A stretch of 13,674 bases of DNA from Ascoidea asiatica JCM 7603 (lineage: Eukaryota; Fungi; Ascomycota). Below, one piece after another: positions 1 through 8,161 of this stretch (position 1 is the stretch's first letter; each line of letters opens with the position of its first letter). The notes under the pieces are model-generated. The model saw only the letters and a program-made list of their open reading frames with translations. It was not told the origin of the DNA and did no database searches. Location of the stretch: contig BCKQ01000004.1 in NCBI GenBank assembly GCA_001600695.1, forward strand, positions 682,911 through 696,584, given 5' to 3'. Position numbers and translations under genes: made by a program.

Positions 1-5
1 GTTTC

Positions 6-455
6 ATGAATTCACTTGGTCTATTTTTGGCTGTTGGGAGTAATACTTTTTCTATGTTTGGAAATTCTTGTTTTCAAAGTCTTCAATTAGGACTTGACCA
101 TTTACTTGAAAATATTAGTTTGAGCCTTGATTGTAACAATAAAATTGCTTCTCTACTTGAATCAATAGACAAAGCTAAAAATTTAATTAAAGAAGTTAGG
201 GAAAATCGAAGTGGTGTAGAATACTTTTATTACTCTTATCATTGGACAATAGAGTTAGGTATGATTGCCATTTCAACAAATCATTATAAATCAATAGTTC
301 AATTAACTTCAGGGACTAAATTCAATTTTAAAAAAATTAAAGCGAAAACTTTTTTTTCGCATTCCAAAGGAAACACCATAAAAGATTTGGATATAATTCT
401 GAGAAAATATGTTAATGTTTCTAGTGAAATGCCAACTGAGTTACAAATTTTTTAA
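6..455 (+). CDS. Hypothetical protein, probably the 3' part of a gene that starts before the window
   Basis: 149 stop-free codons in very AT-rich DNA. The frame is open back to the window edge (TTC at 3-5) and ends at TAA 453-455, followed by T-rich sequence. No family motif recognised. Confidence 0.45.
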   Translation: MNSLGLFLAVGSNTFSMFGNSCFQSLQLGLDHLLENISLSLDCNNKIASLLESIDKAKNLIKEVRENRSGVEYFYYSYHWTIELGMIAISTNHYKSIVQLTSGTKFNFKKIKAKTFFSHSKGNTIKDLDIILRKYVNVSSEMPTELQIF

Positions 456-1199
456 TAAAGATTATTTTCCAATAAGTACTACTAAATTTTTCCTAACAGA
501 AAAATCAAAAGTTTAATTTGATTGAAACCTAATCTTGTTTACAAAGGCTGTGTTTTTTATATTTTATTTTGTTTAATATACATAATTTCTTCACTTTGTA
601 TAATCTTTTTGAAATTCATTGATTGTAAAGTTCTTAGAAGATCATAGTCTAGGATTTTTATATCATTAACGATGTGATTAGTATTACTTCATTCGAAATT
701 GAGCTAATTAGTCTACAAGTTGAATATCTTTCTTGAACAGGTACTATTATCTAATATGTATTTATACCAAGTGGATTGCACTTACATCAATCACAAGACT
801 TTTCAACTAATACATGAGAAGCATTTGTAGTGAAAAATAATCTGGCAAGCACAATAAACTGATACACTTAGTAGTAGATAGCCAATCGTTTTTCCACACA
901 TATAGTATAATTGAATTTCACTTTTCAACAACTGTTGAACAAAATATCATATATATCAATTACTGTTGAATTGATATTAGATCTACATTTAATAGCCTTT
1001 TAGATTTGATTAACTCTAAGAAATTGTTGAATTGAAATTATCTTTTTTATAATAAACCATTTTATTTTGAAGCATAAATTGTTGTATAGTGAGTGTGAAT
1101 TTCATTAAAATATTGAGTCTAAACCAGATAAATCTAAGGCATTTACACTTTAAAGCGGATATTAATTGTTGTAACATTGAGATTATTGGTGTTGTTGGT

Positions 1200-1450
1200 T
1201 TGCTTTTTAAAAAGTGGGTGGTGGACTTTGTTTGAATTTCATGATATTTAGCGTCTCAGGTTAAATTAAAAAAGAACCATCCTGGGCTCGGAAATTTCTA
1301 CAACGGATATTACAGTGGGAATATGAGCGCCACCTTAAATGGCTGATGCAAATGTAATTACGTGGCTAGTGGTGGATGGTTATGGTTTGTTAATGGGCGG
1401 TGCGCTTTTGAGGGAGGGCTCCTTCCTTGGCCAATAGAATCTGGGACTTT
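1200..1450 (+). promoter_or_regulatory. GC-enriched upstream regulatory region of the complex I subunit gene, with a CCAAT (HAP complex) box
   Basis: Local GC island about 180-420 nt upstream of ATG 1626. CCAAT at 1431-1435 lies inside the palindrome TTGGCCAA (1427-1434). Hap2/3/4/5 control of respiratory genes is established in yeasts; occupancy here is inferred. Confidence 0.45.
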
Positions 1451-1625
1451 CATAATAGGCCTGTGTAAACTAATGAATAACTAAAAGAAGATGCAACAGC
1501 TAAAGCTAGAAAGATCAAATATTTCTTGTCAATATTGTCAACAACAGCAGTAATATCAGTTAAATTTATCAAATTAAAAAGAACCTAGAAGCTTTTTTGG
1601 AAACTATAGTAGACAATTGTTAATA

Positions 1626-2039
1626 ATGGTTAATCCAGTTACTTTACCTTTTACAGAAACTAATACTAAGTTGGTATCTTCTTTATATCGTAGATCATTA
1701 AGGTTATCGTTATATTGGGTTAATAGAAGAGATTTATACAGAGCTCAGGCTGTTGAAATAAGAAGAAAATTTGATATTAACAAAAACGTTGCTGATCCAA
1801 AAGAGCTACAAGTAAGTAAATTTTGTTCCATGAGCTTTGTTTACCATAAATTTTTTGAAAACTAACACTTTTTTTTTTTTTTTTTTTGTTTCAATTAGAA
1901 AATTATAGCAGATGCCGAAAAAACATTATATCATTACAGACATCCAGATCCAATTATTCCTCCATGTAGACCAGGTGGTGTAAAATATGAAAGAAATATT
2001 CCTCCAAGTATGGATACCCCAATGCCTGGCGATTATTAA
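1626..2039 (+). CDS. NDUFB9: NADH:ubiquinone oxidoreductase (complex I) accessory LYR subunit B22 / NDUFB9 (NI2M); 2 exons, join(1626..1811,1899..2039), 108 aa
   Basis: Exon 1 reads MVNPVTLPF...LYRRSLRLSLYW...RRKFDINKNVADPKELQ (LYR motif). After a phase-0 intron, exon 2 reads KIIADAEKTLYHYRHPDPIIPPCRPGGVKYERNIPPSMDTPMPGDY*, carrying the HPDP...PGGxKYERN signature of NDUFB9. The ORF-track start at 1617 is TTG; the first ATG is 1626. Confidence 0.93.
1812..1898 (+). other. Spliceosomal intron (87 nt) of NDUFB9
   Basis: Donor GTAAGT 1812-1817, branch AACTAAC 1860-1866, T19 tract 1869-1887, acceptor TAG 1896-1898. Removal restores the conserved reading frame. Confidence 0.92.
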
Positions 2040-2349
2040 ATCAATTTAAAACTAATTTGAACAAGTAATGATTTTATGGAAAATAATTTTAAATCAGATT
2101 TAATTGTACTATTTATTATTCTTACTTTTTTTGGCTTCAATTTCGATAAAGCAATTTTATAAAAAAAAATTGATCTAGAAATGGATCAAATCTTTAAATA
2201 TACACAATTTTTTTACATTTTAACATTTTTACACTTTTACAGTTTCAAAGTTTTATATTTTGAATCTTTATCAAAAAAATGAAATGAAATGAAATAAAAT
2301 TAATAAAATATAAAATAAAAGTCAATATTCTTTTTTCTGTTTTAATTAA

Positions 2350-5300
2350 CTAAACTATAAAAGAATCTAATCCCAATTCATCATTATTATCGTATATCTC
2401 ATATGTTAAAGTTGACCCATTGATGAAACTCACATATATAAAAAATTTATCAAGATTAAGACTAGAACAATCACTGATTCTATCCACGCATTTTCGTACT
2501 GCTAACCCAGAAATTGATTTATGACCACGACCATTCATTGAAGTTTTATAGATATTTGGAAAAATTAATTCTTGTCTAAATGCATATAATCCTCTAAATG
2601 TTGTTAATCTAAATACTGATATTACTCCAGATTGGGATGCGATTACAATAGCTGAAAGTTCTGGTATTAATACAGAAAATGAAATTCTGTTCAAAAATTT
2701 CATTTCAGTCATTCTTGTTTCGTGTTCACCATTAAATGCATTCAATAAAACATTATTACCACCACTTTTAAATGAAAAAATATTACCAGATGCTGCGTTA
2801 CAAATTAATCCATTGGGATTAAATAAACCTATTCTTTTCTTTGTTGTGACCATTAAAACTTGATTCGAAACATTGTCTTTTGTATCGCAAGTTGAATCCC
2901 AGTAAAATTTCCCATTTAGACTTTTATAACATTTTCTCTTACCTCTTTGGTTAAATAAATAAAATCTATCATAAAATTTTTTATATCTTCTAATTGTGTC
3001 ATGTACACTTATAACACTTGAAATGAATAAATTTTCATTGAATTTTTTATAATTTGAATCTCTTCTGAATGTATTTGAACTTAAACGATCAGATAGAAAC
3101 TCACTATTACTGTTTGTTTCAAGTTCAGTTTCCGAAAAAGAATTTAAACTTGAATTTTCAATATTATTGGATCTGATTAATTGGATAATTTCGTTTAAAT
3201 GACTAGACCTAGTTCTAGGAAACTCGCTCATTAGAGATATTAATGAATTTTTCATTGTCGGTATCGAAAAAAATTGAAAGTATTTAGCTAACCCCAAGTC
3301 ATCAGAGAGAATTGGATCACTTTCTCCATCAAGAACTTCACTCTCATTTAATATGGAGCTTAGTTTTTCAGTTTGATTTATACTTATGTCACCAGTTAAA
3401 GAATTTAAAGAATTAACTGTTTTAAAGTGCTTTTTATCTATAGAATTCACTGTCCAACCATCCTCACTAATAACTTGCCTAAAAATAACCATGGCTTTTT
3501 TAAATACAACCCTTGTAAATTTTAGTTTAGAAAGGCGCTTTAAATTATGAAGTTCTGCAAAAATATCATGTTCTGAAATGAATTCTTTAGATTCTGTAAG
3601 CTCTAAGTCTTCGCTTTTAGTATCAGAGTCGGAAGTCAAACTATAATCAACGCTTTCTATAACTGAAGATTGATCTGGCGTTAAGCTGGTAGAAGCAGTT
3701 GAAAAATTATAGGTTTCTTCATCATCATCTATGTGAATTTTATTAAAAAGACAAAACCTGCTCACATCAAATATTGTGGGCATGGAAGGGCCTAGGATCT
3801 TTTCCATATTAAACTCAATAACCACAATTTCTCCAAGAATATCGGTAGCAGAAACCTGTACTTTAAGATTAAGTTCGGAAGTAACATGGGAAACTTTGGA
3901 AGTCTTTTCACCAGTATCAAAACTTGTACCAAAAAAAACATTTTCATTGAAGTCCACTTCTCTCTCAGAAAATTCTTCATCTTCATCCTCATTAGCCTTT
4001 ATGAAAGTAACAGATGGGATGTTACTTGAAAGTGGATTAGTCGTACATGAATAAAATGTCGCTTCTCTATGCTCTGATGCCAAATAAAACAATGTCACAC
4101 ACTTGCTATTATCACTAGCAACAATCATATTATATTTATTATAAAAATCCACACCCCAAGCTGATTTATCTACCCTTAGTTGAAAATTAGGATTTATGTA
4201 AAAGCATTTAGACAAATCACCAGGCCCTGAAGGATTATCAAAAAATTCCCAGTTGATAGTTTGTTGATTACTTGGTGTGCTATTTATTTTAAGGGAGTTT
4301 AAATTTTTTTTATCTGTACTTTTCACAATGAAAGAATTGGCTTTTTCAAGTAAAACATCAGTAAACCATACTAAAATTCTCCCATCATCTAAGGTAGCTG
4401 CTAAAACTTCTCTATTCAAAAAAGTAGATACTTTCATATAATTTATACTATAAGGAAAGGTATGTACAGTGGAAGCTTGTACATCTCTTTGAATATCTTC
4501 ATGTGTTCTTCTCTCTGTAGGAGCTGTATTAAATCTCAATAATGGGTGATCATAAGGTAAGCCAGTGACTTCATCCATTCCTAAAATAAATATCCAGGAG
4601 CGTATTGCATAAAACATTATGCTAGAGTATCTATTAGAGCATACTAGACAATTATTTTTACCTGGTATACTCCTGTAATTATGTTCACCATCAAACGTAA
4701 AGTCTTCTTGTTGTTCATTACCCAAAGGACCATTATTGAATCTATTTCCCGTAAGATCATTAAATGCTTCATTTCTCGCTCTTTGTAAATTATCATCATT
4801 AATATAACGATTGAAAGTTTCAATATTATCTCTGTTATTTCCAGTATTTATATTGATAATATTTAAAGAATTTGAGTTTCTGTTTCTTGATCTTCTATCA
4901 TTATAATTTTCATAATTATTTGAGTTAACCATATAATCATCGAATTTAAAGTTAATTTTTTTAGGACCAATAAATTTTAAATTTAAAGCTGAATTATTTT
5001 TACCTTTAAATTTTGAACCAGGTTGATAATTTACAGCAAACTGTGATAATGAAGAAATTTCATTAAATGAATTTAAATTAGATATATCAATACCGTTTAA
5101 AAAATCTTTATCATTTAAGTGATAAAAATTATAAATATTAGAATAATTATATTTTAAATTTGCATCTATTGGATTAATTGGATATTGATTAATTTGATTA
5201 AACTTATCATAATTAAATTCTTTTGAAGTCTGATAATTTGAAGATTTTGTAGGTATTAAATGTTGATATTCAAAATATTTATCATCAGGAAAGATGTACT

Positions 5301-5714
5301 TTAAACATTTATTCTTAAAAAAAATGTCATCAGAAATTTTAGTTTCATCATTGATAGTATCAATTGATTTAGAATAAAACTCATCTTCATCTTTAAGAGA
5401 TTCTTGAATAAAATAATGATTAGGAAGAGGTGGAGGTCGTCTACGTATTGGACGTGGATTTGCAAACAAATTCATAAGATGAGCATGTGTTCGATTTTCT
5501 AACTCTATAGTATTTACATTTGAACCTGAAGTATTGAGAGAATATGGAAAAATTAAGTCGTTTGCAGGTTGTGTTTCAAGATTTTGTAGTATTTCATCAG
5601 TAGTATTGGAATCTTGGATTCTGGGTATTTGAATTTCATTAATATTATCATTTAAAGTATTATCTGGATTATCAATATTAGTTTCACTGTTATTATGATT
5701 GTTGATGTCATTGC

Positions 5715-5795
<81 letters not shown>

Positions 5796-6978
5796 CAGCT
5801 GCTTCAGGCATTTCACCTTCCTGACGAATATTCACAATTGGAGGCATATTCATAAATTGAGTAATATGATCAATATTGTTATTATTGTTGTTATTATCAA
5901 TGATATTATTATCTAAATTTTCATTATTATCATTAACAGTATCAGTATTATTAATTGTCTCATCAGTATTTGTTATATTATCATTAATAGAATCAATAAT
6001 ATTGTTATCATTGACTTGAATATTATTTTCATGATTATTATTATTAGTATTAATTAGATTATCATTATTACTGGTACTATTAAGAATATCATTGTTGAAA
6101 TCATTGTTTTCACTATCATTTAGATTATCAGTATTATTACTGATATCAAGGCTATCTTCGGGGTCATGTTCTGGATCAGATTCGATTTCAATATCTTCAG
6201 AGTCTTCTTCTTGTTCTTCTAATTCTATATCAATATTATTGCTTTGATCGTCAATTTCAAGGTCATCATTTCTGGAAATATCAAGATTGGAGTGACTATT
6301 TTCATTACTACTTTCAATATTATTGTCATTTTGATTGTCATTTTGATTACTATTCTCGTTATTATTTTGGTTATTTTCTGATGAAATATTTGTTCTTAAA
6401 ACTGGTTGAAAATCTGATTCTCTAGCAAGTCCAAACTGATCCAGTGGGATTCTAGGTAAACGTCTTAAACGACTAATATATGGATGATTGTTATCATTGT
6501 TGTTATCAACGGAGTTTGAATTACTTGAATTATTTGAATTTACATTATTAGAATTCACATTATTGGAGTTTCTATTATTTAAGTTTCTATTATTTAAATT
6601 TCTAATATTGAAGTTTCTATTAGGGTTAATATTACTAGGGTTAATATTATTTATTACATTTCTATTATTCAAATTGAGTGGATTATGATTTATATTATTA
6701 TTATCAAGAAAGCTTTCAAACCTACTTGGAGAATTATCTCCATTTTTATATTTAGGAGTTTTTATATGTACAACCCCAGGTTCATTTGCTCTTATATCAA
6801 GTTTTTTAACTTTAACTAATTTTAAATATAAATCGAATTTTGATTGATGATTAATATCTTGTTTTTGAAATTTCAATATAGTAGAATGTGAATAATCTTT
6901 TGAACCAAACTTAACTTTTTGATTAATTTTATCATTTTGATTCATTAAAAAATCATGATTATTTGAAGTAGAATTCAT
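2350..6978 (-). CDS. CRT10: Crt10 family protein (putative substrate receptor of the Rtt101/Cul-Mms1 ubiquitin ligase; RNR regulation and nonfunctional 25S rRNA decay in S. cerevisiae), 1542 aa with a long Asn-rich N-terminal region
   Basis: The C-terminal half has motifs recognisable as the CRT10 domain: KNNCL..., TFPYSINYMKV...EVLAATLDDGRILVWF, SAWGVDF...IVASDNSKCVTLFY, SNIPSVTF, GWTV, and NRISFSVLIPELSAIVIASQSGVISVFRLTTFRGLYAFRQE. Confidence 0.85.
5716..5793 (-). repeat. Perfect coding trinucleotide microsatellite (AAT)26 encoding poly-Asn26 in Crt10
   Basis: (ATT)26 on the + strand, 78 nt, uninterrupted and in frame (codons 396-421). Confidence 0.97.
6525..6670 (-). repeat. Degenerate 15-bp coding minisatellite (5-aa units such as NNRNL, NNVNS, NINPS)
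   Basis: GTTTCTATTATTTAA is identical at 6568-6582 and 6583-6597. TAGGGTTAATATTA recurs at 6621 and 6636 (period 15). Outer boundaries are approximate. Confidence 0.75.
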
Positions 6979-7021
6979 TTCCCTTTAATTGGAATTAAAT
7001 AATATGGATTTATCTCATTAA

Positions 7022-7106
7022 ATTTAAGATATTTAAGATATTTAAGAAATTGAATAAATCAATGAAATTATTTGAATTATTGGGATTATTGGGATTATTG
7101 GGATTA
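7022..7106. repeat. Two short 9-bp tandem arrays just upstream of CRT10
   Basis: (ATTTAAGAT) about 2.9 copies at 7022-7047 and (ATTATTGGG) about 3.4 copies at 7076-7106. Confidence 0.85.
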
Positions 7107-7289
7107 AATTGTTTAGAAATAAAATATATTATTAATATATTCATTTAAACTTCTCCTAATTTAAACTTCTTATAAATCTTTTATCTATCAGCAAAGAAAC
7201 CACCCATGTTTTAAAGATAGACCAAGCAATAATAAATCCTAAAAAAGGACCCACATCTATGGTACGATAATTTAAAGGGTGTGATAAAA

Positions 7290-7316
7290 TCCGACTTAGT
7301 TCCGACTTAGTTTCGG
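7290..7316. promoter_or_regulatory. Perfect 11-bp direct repeat with CCG/CGG half-sites; possible Zn2Cys6 factor site in the CRT10 promoter
   Basis: TCCGACTTAGT at 7290-7300 and 7301-7311, followed by TTCGG at 7312-7316. The repeat is certain; its function is inferred. Confidence 0.4.
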
Positions 7317-7495
7317 TCAAGTTTCATTCCTGTTTAGGTATTTTCCGGGTTCGTTTTCATTTATACACCAAATTCATCTCGTTTAAATTCAAATTCAACA
7401 GAAAAGTAACTATTTATTAGAAATAGATAAATTATTAATACAATGAAATAAGTTTAGATTAAAATTATTAAGAAACTAAGTGAAATATATTTTAA

Positions 7496-8161
7496 TTAAA
7501 ATGCATCAGGTAATCTTTCAATTTCATATTTTCTAGCTCCTACTGACATTAATGGAATACCAGGTACTTTTCTTATTCTTCTTTTTAAATCAGCATCATT
7601 TGTTGCAACAATATAACATTTATGTTGAATAACTCTAGAAACTAAACAATCATCAGCATAAGTACCTCTATGAGAACATGTTAATCTTTTTATTCTTGGA
7701 TCTTTGGCTAATCTTAAAGCAATTCTAAATTTTGGACCTAATTTTTCTAATTCTGCCATTACACAATCCGTTATTAATGGTATACATTTTGCATATAAAC
7801 AATCCATCATACCTCTAACAATATCAACTTTTTTTTGTATACTAAAATTTATGAAATTTGTATCAACTAATACTTGGTATGGTGGTTTTATAGATTGATT
7901 AAATTGAAAAAAAAGTGCAGAAGAAACTTGAGGAATCTCTCTAATTAATTCAGGATCTTTCTTCTTTATTATAGAATTATTATTTTTATTATCTTCCTTG
8001 CTCTTACTATAAAAATATTCTGTTAGTAATTTGTTAGCGTATATATGAAGAGTGAAAACAAACAGTCATTAGTCCTTAAACAATACTTACATTCTTGGAT
8101 CTTTTGAACTAATTGTTCTTTTAACTTGAGCAAATTTTCTTGTCTTTTTAGCTTTTCCCAT
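7496..8161 (-). CDS. FCF1: rRNA-processing PIN-domain endonuclease Fcf1/Utp24; 2 exons, complement(join(7496..8006,8091..8161)), 193 aa
   Basis: Exon 1 encodes MGKAKKTRKFAQVKRTISSKDPR plus AT. Exon 2 continues (I)KSKED...DPELIREIPQVSSALFFQFNQSIKPPYQVLVDTNFINFSIQKKVDIVRGMMDCLYAKC...ITDCVMAELEKLG...CSHRGTYADDC...IVATNDADLKRRIRKVPGIPLM. These are canonical Fcf1 motifs. The ORF track shows only the last 104 aa. Confidence 0.96.
8007..8090 (-). other. Spliceosomal intron (84 nt, phase 2) of FCF1
   Basis: Donor GTAAGT 8090-8085, branch TACTAAC 8028-8022, acceptor TAG 8009-8007. This acceptor restores the conserved frame. Confidence 0.92.

Noticed and set aside
1617-1865. 82-aa ORF as given in the ORF track
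   Set aside because: It starts at TTG and reads into the intron. The real gene is join(1626..1811,1899..2039).
2040-2210. Possible Puf3 element in the NDUFB9 3' UTR
   Set aside because: TGTACTAT at about 2106 does not match UGUAHAUA.
555-2261. ARS-consensus matches (WTTTAYRTTTW) at 555-565, 2211-2221 and 2251-2261
   Set aside because: Expected by chance at this AT content, and the S. cerevisiae ACS does not define origins in most other yeasts.
3776-4054. 92-aa + ORF and 66-aa alternative-frame - ORF (3792-3992)
   Set aside because: Both lie wholly inside the conserved CRT10 domain; shadow ORFs with no independent motifs.
5695-5916. Poly-Ile + strand ORF
   Set aside because: Antisense reading of the (AAT)26 tract.
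6488-6688. Leu/Phe-rich membrane-like + strand ORF
   Set aside because: Antisense of the 15-bp Asn-rich minisatellite; the hydrophobicity is a by-product.
7704-7898. 64-aa + strand ORF
   Set aside because: Antisense to the conserved FCF1 exon 2, with a non-ATG start.
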